Translations under genes and position numbers: made by a program
From: Polyangiales bacterium
Lineage (GTDB): Bacteria > Myxococcota_A > Polyangia > Polyangiales > Ga0077539
Length of the DNA stretch: 64,000 nt
Direction: 5' to 3'
Assembly (NCBI GenBank): GCA_044229975.1
Contig: JBGARZ010000001.1
Span: 288,001-352,000, forward strand
Notes under the pieces: generated by a model
Database searches by the model: none
What the model was told of the DNA's origin: nothing
Seen by the model: the letters and a program-made list of their open reading frames with translations, nothing else
In this document: positions 36,637-45,712 of the stretch, piece by piece
How positions within the stretch are numbered: the stretch's first letter is position 1
Layout of the letters: every line of letters starts with the position of its first letter

Positions 36637-39608
36637 CACCACAACCCCGCGGCGCTCGCGCCCACGTCCACGCCAAAGCCCCGCTCGCTCGTCGCCTCGC
36701 CGTGCACCCGCTGCGTCCACGCGCCGTCGTTGCGCGGCACCACCGTCGTCACGGCCGCGCCCTGCCGGTACATGTCCGCGCCACCGCGATCGATGAACAC
36801 CCCCACCGTCGGCCGCGACAGCCGCCCCATGTCCGTCAGCGACTCCAGCGCCGCGTTGCCCAGCGTCAGCACCGACGCCGCGTCGTAGGTGTCGTCGCCC
36901 CCTTCGTCCGCGAAGATGCCCGCCCCGTTGGCGTTGCCCGCCCCCAACGCCAGGTTCGGAACCCCATACACATCCGCCCCGTCCCCCAGCGCCAGCAGGA
37001 TGCCCAACGAGAAGTCGTGGCCTGCGCCGCCGGTCATGTTCTCGCGGGCGCTCGTCTGGTTGTGAACGTCCCTCCCGCCGCCATCGACCAGCGCCCCGTA
37101 GGCGAAGTGCGCCGCGGCTCCCTGCACGTACCAGCGCGCGTCGTAGTGGTCGTCGCCCGCACCATCGAGCAGCAGCCCCATCGCACCCCAGTAGCCCGTC
37201 CCCTGCGCGAAGACCCCGGCGGTGTAGCGATCGTTTCCCTCGCGATCGCGCAGCACGCCGATGCCACCGGACATGTTGGTTCGGTCGACGGTGGCGTCGC
37301 CCCGACGGCCGAAGCCCGCGCCCTGCGTGAAGCTGGAGTTGGACATCGGGCTCTGCGCCGACGGATGTATCACCGGCGTCACCCGGCTCTCGTAGACATC
37401 ATCGCCCGCGCGATCGTGATGCAGCCCGACGCCCTGCACGTAGCCGAAGCCCTGCGCGTAGGCCCACGCCGAGTACTCGTCACGACCGCCGCCATCGACC
37501 AGCACGCCGACGCCCACGATCGCAGCACCCTGGCCGCCCGACTCGATGGCGTACCGGTCGTCGCCGCCGTCGTCGTAGAGGCCGCCCACGCCCAGCGCGC
37601 CGAAGCCCTGCGCCATGCGAAGCGCGCGGTAGCGATCGGCCCCGCCGCCGAGGTCGTAGAGCAGGCCGACGCCGAGGCGACCGCTGCCCTGGCGTGGCGT
37701 TCGGCTGAGGGAGGCGCCCACCGCGCCGCCGATGCGAACGCGACCCGCCGCGTCGGAGGGCAACGTGTCGGGCGTGTCGAGCGGGCTCGCGACCACCGGG
37801 TAGCCCCATGTGTCGTCACCACCGAGATCGATGACAACCCCGACGGGTTGCGCCGCGTCGACGTTGGCGCCGACGGGCGCCTCCCAGGTGTCGTCACCGC
37901 CCAGGTCGAGCGCCAGCAGCGTTCGCGGATACTCCTCTGCGCTGTACCGGTGCGCCGCGCCATCGCGAATCACCACCCGCCCCGCGGGCGTGTCCTGCGT
38001 GAAGCTCACGCCCGTGCGGCCCGCGAACGGTCGCCAGTCGACGGACTCCACCGTCGTCGCAAGGTCGATGGACTCGCGCAGCGGCAAGGTCACCTCCCCA
38101 AGAACAATCGAGAGGTCTGCCGGGTCGGCGAAGTTGGCGCGCTCGTCGACGCGGTTGGTGGGCAGCACCAGAAACGGCGCCACGCGGAAGAGGTGCGCCC
38201 GCTCAACATCGGTCGGAAAGCGGGCGAGCCCGCGGTCGCGCGCCTCGGCCGCCACGAGCGACGCGCGCAGCACCCGCGCCACGGCCCGTTGCAGCTCCAT
38301 CGGAACATCCGCCGCATCCTCGATGGCCGCCGCCCGATCGAAGGCCCCTCCCCCACGCGTCGCCCACGCTGCGACGGCATCGACCAACGGCTGCTCTCCC
38401 TCCGCGCTCATCACGGGCGACGCTGTGGCGAGCGCGTCGAGCTCACCCGTCAGCCGCAACCCCGCCGCGGCCCGGAGCGCACCCGAGAGCGTCGTCGCCA
38501 TCACGTCGAGGCCGGGTCCCATCGCCTGCGCCCAGCGCGCGCCCGCGAGCCAGTCGCGATGCACGCGGTCGAACACCGGGAGACGAAAGCGATCGCGCGT
38601 GACGAAGGCGCCGAAGGCGTCGAGCGTGGCGGCGCTGAAGAAGAGGTTGCAGCGGTCCCACGGGGCCGTCGGGTCGGCGCGCAGGGCGAGGTCGATGAGC
38701 TCATCCCGCGACTCGAACCCGCAGCGACACCCATCAGGAACACACACCGACTGCGATCGGTCGCAGCGCGCACCGGGACCACACGCCGCGTCGTCGGTGC
38801 ACGCGACGGTGCAGAAGCCTCGCAGCGACGGAGACGCCGGCGTCACGCATCTCAGCCCACCTGGACACGAACGCGTCATGTCACAGGGTGCGTTGAGACC
38901 ACGCACATCGATGGCGCCGTTGCCGCACGCGTCGGGTCCGATGCGATCGTCGGGGACGCACGCCCTCACCGCCGCTCCGCCGCTGGTGCGAACGTCACGG
39001 CAACGCCGTGCGCCGTCCTCGCAGTCGAGGTCGGTGAGGCACGCGCCGAGACACGCCGTACCCGCGCGACCGACGGAGGGGCGGGTGGCGTCGAGGTTCA
39101 CGCACTGGTCATAGCGGCCCACGCAGCCCGCGGCCGGACACACCGCGCCGCGCCGACTCTCCATCGGAACACACCCCGCCGCGACGTCGGGTGTACACAC
39201 GCGGTTGCCCTGATCGTCCTCGCGACAGGTCGCTGCCACGGCAGCATCGCAGGGCTCTCCAATGGTCGGGCAGGCGAGGCGGCACTCGCGCAATCCGGGT
39301 GCGCGGGTCGGGTCGACGGCGACGCAGACGCTCCCATCGTCGCCACACTCGGCGTCGACGCGACACGGTCGGCAGGTGCGCGGCGGAGCGGCCGCGATCA
39401 CCACCGGGACGTCTTCCTTCGCGACGACGTCCGCCAACGCAACGTCCGTCGCGGGGACGTCGGGCACGGAGGCTTCCACAGCGGCGTCGTGGGTGGTGGG
39501 GGCGCCAGGTGTTGGGTCGTCGCACGCGGCCAGGAGGCCGAGCAGCAGGCCGAGCGGGGCGGTGCGTGTCACGGTGAGAGCGACAGTAGCAGCGGGGCGC
39601 CGGGTCAC
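36636..39608 (-). CDS. Large lipoprotein: Cys-rich N-terminus and about 12 DxxGxDxY repeats
   Basis: LAAC lipobox; Cys-rich modules; DLGGDDTW, DDGGDDRY, DRAGDDVY, DREGNDRY, DGAGDDHY, DEGGDDTY. Confidence 0.8.
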   Translation of the reverse strand: MTRRPAATVALTVTRTAPLGLLLGLLAACDDPTPGAPTTHDAAVEASVPDVPATDVALADVVAKEDVPVVIAAAPPRTCRPCRVDAECGDDGSVCVAVDPTRAPGLRECRLACPTIGEPCDAAVAATCREDDQGNRVCTPDVAAGCVPMESRRGAVCPAAGCVGRYDQCVNLDATRPSVGRAGTACLGACLTDLDCEDGARRCRDVRTSGGAAVRACVPDDRIGPDACGNGAIDVRGLNAPCDMTRSCPGGLRCVTPASPSLRGFCTVACTDDAACGPGARCDRSQSVCVPDGCRCGFESRDELIDLALRADPTAPWDRCNLFFSAATLDAFGAFVTRDRFRLPVFDRVHRDWLAGARWAQAMGPGLDVMATTLSGALRAAAGLRLTGELDALATASPVMSAEGEQPLVDAVAAWATRGGGAFDRAAAIEDAADVPMELQRAVARVLRASLVAAEARDRGLARFPTDVERAHLFRVAPFLVLPTNRVDERANFADPADLSIVLGEVTLPLRESIDLATTVESVDWRPFAGRTGVSFTQDTPAGRVVIRDGAAHRYSAEEYPRTLLALDLGGDDTWEAPVGANVDAAQPVGVVIDLGGDDTWGYPVVASPLDTPDTLPSDAAGRVRIGGAVGASLSRTPRQGSGRLGVGLLYDLGGGADRYRALRMAQGFGALGVGGLYDDGGDDRYAIESGGQGAAIVGVGVLVDGGGRDEYSAWAYAQGFGYVQGVGLHHDRAGDDVYESRVTPVIHPSAQSPMSNSSFTQGAGFGRRGDATVDRTNMSGGIGVLRDREGNDRYTAGVFAQGTGYWGAMGLLLDGAGDDHYDARWYVQGAAAHFAYGALVDGGGRDVHNQTSARENMTGGAGHDFSLGILLALGDGADVYGVPNLALGAGNANGAGIFADEGGDDTYDAASVLTLGNAALESLTDMGRLSRPTVGVFIDRGGADMYRQGAAVTTVVPRNDGAWTQRVHGEATSERGFGVDVGASAAGLW

Positions 39609-39658
39609 ATAGAGTGCCGCCCCCTCGCGCGACGGCGCGACGTTACGGAGAGCATGTG

Positions 39659-40603
39659 ATGGACGAGACGCAGCCGACGACCCCGGAGACCGTGAGCGAA
39701 CGTGAGGCCACCGACCTCGCGGTGATGGCGCTCGACGCGGCGGCGTGGTCGGCCGAGCGGGGGACGCGACCCGATGGCGTGCTGCGGTGTGACCCGGCGT
39801 GGTTTCGCACCGTGGAGCTTCCGCGGGTGCGCGGCGCGGTGGAGCGTGTGCTGATGGGGCGTCACCCCGATCACGGGCTCGACATGCTGCTGGAGGTGGG
39901 GGCGCTCGATGCGCTGCTGCCCGAGGTGAAGGCGATGGTCGGCTTCGGCGACGGCGAGTGGCGCCACAAGGACGTGTGGAAGCACACGAAGCAGGTGGTG
40001 ACGCAGGCGGTTCCGCGCACGGAGGTGCGGTGGGCGGCGCTGCTGCACGACATCGGCAAGGTGAAGACGCGGCGAATCGAGGCCAACGGCGAGGTGCACT
40101 TCTTCGGGCACGCCGAGGTCGGCGCGTCGATGTTCGACCGGATGCAGCGGCGCATTCCGTTGTTTACGGGCGAGGAGGCGCTGTCGCGGACGGTGCGCTT
40201 CCTGATTCTTCATCACCTGCGAGCGAGCGCGTACGACGCGACGTGGACGGACTCGGCGGTGCGACGGTTCGCCAAGGAGATGGGCGCCGGGATGTGCGAC
40301 CTGCTCGACCTGTCGCGCGCGGACATCACCACCAAGCGCCCCGAGAAGAAGAAGCGCGGCCTCGACGCCATCTCCGAGCTGGCGCGGCGGGTGCGCGCGA
40401 TCGAGGAGATGGACGCGAAGGTTCCGCCGCTGCCGAAGGGGTTGGGGACGGCCATCTCCGCGCGCTTCGGGATTCCCCCGTCGCCCGCGCTCGGCGACCT
40501 GATGAAGGTGCTGAAGGAGCGCGTCGACGGCGGCGAGCTCGAAGCCCAGCGCGACAACGACTACTACCTCGCGTACATCGCGGACACGAAGCTCATCGGG
40601 TAG
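39659..40603 (+). CDS. Stand-alone HD-domain protein resembling the C-terminal half of CCA-adding/poly(A) polymerase enzymes
   Basis: GALDALLPEV, HKDVWKHT, ALLHDIGK, FFGHAEVGA, TDSAVRR, ADIT; no GGxVRD/DxD nucleotidyltransferase head. Confidence 0.8.
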   Translation: MDETQPTTPETVSEREATDLAVMALDAAAWSAERGTRPDGVLRCDPAWFRTVELPRVRGAVERVLMGRHPDHGLDMLLEVGALDALLPEVKAMVGFGDGEWRHKDVWKHTKQVVTQAVPRTEVRWAALLHDIGKVKTRRIEANGEVHFFGHAEVGASMFDRMQRRIPLFTGEEALSRTVRFLILHHLRASAYDATWTDSAVRRFAKEMGAGMCDLLDLSRADITTKRPEKKKRGLDAISELARRVRAIEEMDAKVPPLPKGLGTAISARFGIPPSPALGDLMKVLKERVDGGELEAQRDNDYYLAYIADTKLIG

Positions 40604-40685
40604 CTGGCGCGGAGGTCACGGGCCCGCGGCGTTGGCCCGCTGACTGCGGGCGTGGTCGACGCTCCCCGAAGCGACGAGTACCAAC

Positions 40686-41621
40686 TCACCCCGTCTGACC
40701 GCGCCCATCGGGCAACTCGGCGTCCTCGAAGCGCTCGGCGCTCGCGTTCCACACCCGCGCGTAGGCCCGCAACAGACCGCTCGCGCGGTCGATCTCATAC
40801 ACGTTGTACGAGGCCATCTTCTCGGGGTCGTGATGCACCAGCGAGGCGCTCGTCGCCCCGAGTCGGTGCAGCGTCACGCCGCGCGCGTCGGTGATCTTCT
40901 CGTGTCCTCGGCGATGCCAATGGCCGTGCAGCGCGAGCACGTCGCGGTGGTGGTGCAGCGACGCGCGGAAGTCCCCCAGGTCCTCCAGCCCCCGCATGAA
41001 CGCCGCCACTCCGCCGCGCGGATCGACCACCGGGTGATGGCTCAACACCACCGGAACCCGCTCGCGCACCTCCGCATGTGCGAGCGCCTCTCGCAGCGCC
41101 CGCTGCTGCGCTTCGCCGATGCGCCCCGAGGCGACGAGCGGCAGTCGCGGAACGGCCGACGACAGCCCGATGAGGGCGACGTCGTCGCGCAGCCGCACGA
41201 AGGGGAAGCGCCCGCCGGGATGGTCGACGGCGAGGTCGAGGTCGCTCGTGATGTACTTCGCGAAGAAGCTACCGAAGCGCCCCGCGCGACGTGCCCCTTC
41301 GGTGTAGAGGTCGTGGTTGCCAGGGATGACGCTCACCTGCGCGGGGTCCATCCCGAGGCGCTCGATCATCGCGCGGGCGGCCTCGAACTCGGGTTCGAGC
41401 GCGAGGTTGGTGAGGTCGCCGGTGATGGCGACGTGGTCGGGCGAGAGCGCGCGGAGGTCGGCCATCATGGCCTCGACGACGGCGGGCCGGTGCTTGTGGC
41501 CGCGCTTGAGGCGGAGGTTGACCCAACCGGTGAGGCGCTTGTTGAGCAGCATCCGGTGGAGGGGGACGCCCCGCAGGTCGAGGATGTGCGGGTCGGACAG
41601 GTGCGCGAGGATGATCGACAT
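40686..41621 (-). CDS. Calcineurin-like metallophosphoesterase (Icc/CpdA-like)
   Basis: HLSDPH, ITGDLTN, IPGNHD, SHHP, LHGHWH. Confidence 0.9.
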   Translation of the reverse strand: MSIILAHLSDPHILDLRGVPLHRMLLNKRLTGWVNLRLKRGHKHRPAVVEAMMADLRALSPDHVAITGDLTNLALEPEFEAARAMIERLGMDPAQVSVIPGNHDLYTEGARRAGRFGSFFAKYITSDLDLAVDHPGGRFPFVRLRDDVALIGLSSAVPRLPLVASGRIGEAQQRALREALAHAEVRERVPVVLSHHPVVDPRGGVAAFMRGLEDLGDFRASLHHHRDVLALHGHWHRRGHEKITDARGVTLHRLGATSASLVHHDPEKMASYNVYEIDRASGLLRAYARVWNASAERFEDAELPDGRGQTG

Positions 41622-41743
41622 CGCAGCGGGCACCGTACCACTCGGCGGAGGCGCGGCATCGCGGCGTTGACAGGCCGCGGCGCCGCGTGGAGAGATGCGC
41701 GCGCTTCGGCGGCGTTCACGCTGGAGCAGCGAAGGGTTGAGCG

Positions 41744-42493
41744 ATGGACAAGGTCGTGGTCGACGCCGACACGGCGTGCGCGGACATCCCCGACGGAGCG
41801 AAGGTTCTCGCCGGGGGTTTCGGGCTGTGCGGCATTCCCGAGAACTGCATCGCGGCGCTGCGCCGCAAAGGCACGCGTGACCTCTGGGTGGTCAGCAACA
41901 ACTGCGGCGTCGACGACTGGGGCCTCGGGCTCCTGCTCGGCAACAAGCAGATCCGCAAGATGACCAGCAGCTACGTCGGCGAGAACAAGGAGTTCGAGCG
42001 ACAGTTTCTGAGCGGCGAGCTGGAGGTCGAGCTGGTGCCGCAGGGCACCCTCGCCGAGCGGCTGCGCGCGGGCGGCTCGGGCATCCCGGCGTTCTTCACG
42101 CCGGCGGGTGTTGGAACGCAGGTGGCCGAGGGCGGTCTCCCGATGCTCTACGGCCCCGGCGGGACCATCAAGAAGGGCAGCGAGAAGAAGGAGGTGCGGG
42201 TGTTCGACGGCCGCGAGTACGCGATGGAGCGCTCGATCACGGGCGACTTCGCCATCGTGAAGGCGTGGCGCGGCGACCGGCACGGCAACCTCTTGTTTCA
42301 CGCGAGCGCGCGCAACTTCAACCCGCTGTGCGCGATGGCGGCGAAGGTCACCATCGCGGAGGTCGAGGAGCTCGTCGAGCCCGGCCTCATCGACCCCGAG
42401 CAGGTGCATCTGCCAGGGGTGTTCGTGCAGCGGGTGTTTGTCGGCAAGGACTACGTGAAGCGCATCGAGCGGCGCACGGTGCAGAAGGGATGA
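41744..42493 (+). CDS. scoA: 3-oxoacid CoA-transferase subunit A
   Basis: [43 protein letters not shown]. Confidence 0.95.
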   Translation: MDKVVVDADTACADIPDGAKVLAGGFGLCGIPENCIAALRRKGTRDLWVVSNNCGVDDWGLGLLLGNKQIRKMTSSYVGENKEFERQFLSGELEVELVPQGTLAERLRAGGSGIPAFFTPAGVGTQVAEGGLPMLYGPGGTIKKGSEKKEVRVFDGREYAMERSITGDFAIVKAWRGDRHGNLLFHASARNFNPLCAMAAKVTIAEVEELVEPGLIDPEQVHLPGVFVQRVFVGKDYVKRIERRTVQKG

Positions 42494-43152
42494 GCGCCAT
42501 GTTGACCAGAGAGCAGATCGCCCGCCGCGTCGCGCGCGAGCTCCGCGACGGCTTCTACGTAAACCTCGGCATCGGCATGCCGACGCTCGTCCCCAACTAC
42601 GTCGCGCCCGGCGTCGAGGTGGTGCTCCAGAGCGAAAACGGCGTGCTCGGCGTCGGCCCGTACCCCACCGCGGACAAGGTCGACCCCGACCTCATCAACG
42701 CCGGCAAGGAGACGATCACCACGCTGCCCGGCGCGAGCTACTTCGACAGCGCGATGAGCTTCTCGATGATCCGCGGCGGCCACGTCGACCTCGCCATCCT
42801 TGGCGCGATGCAGGTGAGCGAGACGGGCGATCTCGCCAACTGGATGATCCCCGGCAAGATGGTGAAGGGCATGGGCGGCGCGATGGACCTCGTGCACGGC
42901 GCCCGCCGCGTCATCGTGATGATGGAGCACTTCGCCAAGGACGGCGGACTCAAGATCGTGAAGCAGTGCAACCTGCCGCTCACGGGCAAGAAGGTGGTGC
43001 ACCGCATCATCACGGACATGGCCGTCATCGACGTCACGCCCGACGGACTCGTCCTCAAGGAGCTCGCGCCCGGCATCAGCGCCCGCGAGGTTCAGGACAA
43101 GACCGAGGCCACGTTGAAGGCCGCGCCCGACCTCGCCGAGATGGAGTTCTGA
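42490..43152 (+). CDS. scoB: 3-oxoacid CoA-transferase subunit B
   Basis: ATGA overlap; [14 protein letters not shown] (catalytic Glu), [15 protein letters not shown]. Confidence 0.95.
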   Translation: MSAMLTREQIARRVARELRDGFYVNLGIGMPTLVPNYVAPGVEVVLQSENGVLGVGPYPTADKVDPDLINAGKETITTLPGASYFDSAMSFSMIRGGHVDLAILGAMQVSETGDLANWMIPGKMVKGMGGAMDLVHGARRVIVMMEHFAKDGGLKIVKQCNLPLTGKKVVHRIITDMAVIDVTPDGLVLKELAPGISAREVQDKTEATLKAAPDLAEMEF

Positions 43153-43168
43153 CCTCCCGCTTCGTCGC

Positions 43169-44779
43169 CTACGGCCTTCGCTCCGTCACCAGAAACTCCA
43201 CCCGCCGGTTGCGCGCCCTCCCCTCGTCCGTCGCGTTGTCGACGAGCGGTCGGGTGTCCGCGTAGCCGCGCGCCACGAGCCGCTCCGCCGCGATGCCGCG
43301 GGTCACCAGATAGTCGCGGATCGACTGCGCGCGCCGCTGCGAGAGCTGCCCGTTGAGCTCCTGTCGGCCGCGGTCATCGGTGTGCCCCTGGATCTCGACA
43401 CGCAGCAGCTCGGGATGCGCCTCCAGCACCTGCGCGACCTCCATCAGCAGCGACATGCTCTCCGGGAGAATGACCGCGCGGTTGGTCGCGAAGCGCGGCT
43501 GCTGCTGGATCACCACGTGGTCGGCGGTGACGAACACGCGGGGACAACCGTTGGTGGCGGCGTCGTTGGTGGCGGGCCCGCGGTCTTCGGGGCAGGCGTC
43601 GTGCTCGTTGGAGATGTCGTCGTGGTCGATGTCGGGGTCGGGGCAGCCGCGCCGCGCCGCGTCCGGGTGCGCCCCGGCCGACTCCACCGGGCACACGTCC
43701 TCCCGATCCGGAACACCGTCCCCATCGCCGTCATCGAAGCGACGGTCGCGCGGACACCCCGCCCGGTTGGGGTCGGGGTCATCACCCGGCGCCTCGGTCG
43801 GGCACGCGTCGAGGTCATCGCGCATCCCGTCGTGATCGCTGTCGCGCGCCGGACACCCGCGGCGCACCGGATCGGGCCGCTCGCCCATCGCCTCCTGCGG
43901 GCAGCGGTCGTCGACGTCCACGATGCCGTCGCTGTCGCTGTCGCGCGGCGGCGCGTAGCCCTCCGTCGGTTGCGGCGCGTACCCGACGAGGCCCACGACG
44001 CGTACGTCGGCGGCGCTCTCGCCGTCGAGCACACGAGGCCCTGCGGCGAGCCCGAGCGCGAGCCCGTTGGGGTTCACGTAGTGGACGCCCGCGAGCAGTT
44101 CGAGGGAGAGCGCGCCATTGGCAATGGGGTCGCTGATCAGCGTCTCGAAGTTGGCCTCGCCGGTGATGAGCACCCGCGCGGCGACGGGGATGGTGAGGCC
44201 CAGGCGCGCGATGAACTGGTTCTCCCACCCGGGCCGGATGGCGACGCCGACGTTGGCGGCGAAGACGAAGTCGCGCGTGCTGGTGAGCTCGAAGATGAAA
44301 CGCGGAACGACGCCGACCGAGCCGTCGCCCGCGTAGGCGCCGCCATCACCGGTTGGGACGAGGAGCGTGGCGGCGAGGGCGATGCGGCTGGTTCCGCGAC
44401 GGGGGAGGCCGAAGAGACGAACGCGGGCGTCGACGCGCAGGTCGCCGGGCGCGACGGCGGCGGCGTTGCCGGAGATCTGCTGGGTGAGCACGACCGGCAT
44501 GGAGACGCCGAGCTGGAGGCGGTCGAAGAAGCCGACGGTGACGGCGAGCTGGCCCGTCACGCGGTGCTCGATCGGAACGATGTGGAGCGAGCGGGCCCAG
44601 TCGACGGCGAGCAGGGCGCCGACGCGGAGGTGGGGCGTGACGAGGGCGCGCTCGGTGACGTTGAGGTCGTCGCCCGAGAAGGGCGCGGCGTAGCGGGTGA
44701 CCGACCAGCCCTGGGCCTGCGCGCCGACGGGCGCGAGCAGGAGGGCGAGCGCGAAGGACAGCGGTTTCACGGGGCGCAC
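43169..44779 (-). CDS. OmpA-family outer-membrane protein with TSP3 repeats
   Basis: Signal; beta-barrel-like region; DxDxDG..D..DxCP repeats; IQGHTDD, LSQRRA, RNRRVEF. Confidence 0.92.
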   Translation of the reverse strand: MRPVKPLSFALALLLAPVGAQAQGWSVTRYAAPFSGDDLNVTERALVTPHLRVGALLAVDWARSLHIVPIEHRVTGQLAVTVGFFDRLQLGVSMPVVLTQQISGNAAAVAPGDLRVDARVRLFGLPRRGTSRIALAATLLVPTGDGGAYAGDGSVGVVPRFIFELTSTRDFVFAANVGVAIRPGWENQFIARLGLTIPVAARVLITGEANFETLISDPIANGALSLELLAGVHYVNPNGLALGLAAGPRVLDGESAADVRVVGLVGYAPQPTEGYAPPRDSDSDGIVDVDDRCPQEAMGERPDPVRRGCPARDSDHDGMRDDLDACPTEAPGDDPDPNRAGCPRDRRFDDGDGDGVPDREDVCPVESAGAHPDAARRGCPDPDIDHDDISNEHDACPEDRGPATNDAATNGCPRVFVTADHVVIQQQPRFATNRAVILPESMSLLMEVAQVLEAHPELLRVEIQGHTDDRGRQELNGQLSQRRAQSIRDYLVTRGIAAERLVARGYADTRPLVDNATDEGRARNRRVEFLVTERRP

Positions 44780-44854
44780 CGTGCCGCGGAACGCTCAGGC
44801 GGAGCAAGGGAGCACTCGCGCGGCCGACGGCGAAGTGATATCCGCGACGGCACT

Positions 44855-45556
44855 ATGGGCGCACAGTGGAAGCAGAAGGGGCGGGAGGCGGCGGCCAACG
44901 CCAAGGGCAAGGTCATGACCAAGCTCACCAAGGAGATCATGATCGCGGCGCGCGACGGGGCCGATCCGTCGGGCAACTCGCGGCTGCGCATGGCGCTCGA
45001 CGCCGCTCGCAAGGCGTCGATGACGAAGGACACCATGGAGCGCGCGATCAAGAAGGGCGCCGGCATGCTCGACGAGGGTGTGAGCTTCGACACGGTGTTC
45101 TACGAGGGCTTCGCGCCGTATCAGGTGCCGGTGATCGTCGAGTGCCTGACGGACAACCGCAACCGCACGTCGTCCAACATCCGCATCCTCTTCAAGAAGG
45201 GTCAGATCGCGGCGGCGGGCGCGGTGTCGTGGGACTTCGCTCGCCTCGGCGCCGTCGAAGCGACGCCCCCGGCGGGCGCAGCGGTCGACCCCGAAGAGGC
45301 CGCCATCGAGTCGGGCGCGCAGGACCTCGAAGCGAGCGACGACGGCGCGACGACGTTCTACACGGAGCCCACCGACCTCGACCTCGTGGCCAAGGCGCTG
45401 GCCGAGCGCAAGTGGTCCGTGTCGTCGGCGAAGCTCATCTGGAAGGCGAAGAGCCCGGTCACCGTCGACGACGCGCAACGCGCAGAGGTCGAGAGCTTCC
45501 TCGCGGCGCTCGACGACGACGACGACGTCCAGACGCTGTACGTCGGCCTCGCCTGA
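44855..45556 (+). CDS. yebC: YebC/PmpR family protein
   Basis: KLTKEIMIAAR.GADP..NSRLR, YEGFAP, VECLTDNRNRT, DDDDVQ. Confidence 0.93.
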   Translation: MGAQWKQKGREAAANAKGKVMTKLTKEIMIAARDGADPSGNSRLRMALDAARKASMTKDTMERAIKKGAGMLDEGVSFDTVFYEGFAPYQVPVIVECLTDNRNRTSSNIRILFKKGQIAAAGAVSWDFARLGAVEATPPAGAAVDPEEAAIESGAQDLEASDDGATTFYTEPTDLDLVAKALAERKWSVSSAKLIWKAKSPVTVDDAQRAEVESFLAALDDDDDVQTLYVGLA

Positions 45557-45568
45557 CCCGATATCCGC

Positions 45569-45712
45569 CTACCGAAACACCTTCCGCAACAGCAGGTGCC
45601 CGAGGTCCGGGTCCGGCTCGTCGGCCAGGGCCCAACGGGCGAGTTCGTCCGCCACCTTCCCATCGAGGGACCCCAGCAACGTGACGCCGTCCCGCTCGAA
45701 CGCCCGCTTCAC
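45569..45712 (-). CDS. 47-aa small ORF coupled to the phospho-sugar mutase
   Basis: GTG overlaps the mutase TGA (GTGA 45712-45709); VKRAFERDGVTLLGSLDGKVADELARWALADEPDPDLGHLLLRKVFR; GC3-biased. Confidence 0.45.
   Translation of the reverse strand: MKRAFERDGVTLLGSLDGKVADELARWALADEPDPDLGHLLLRKVFR

Noticed and set aside
40635..40651. GCCCGC-TGACT-GCGGGC hairpin between convergent genes
   Set aside because: A short GC stem without a U-tract is expected by chance at this GC content
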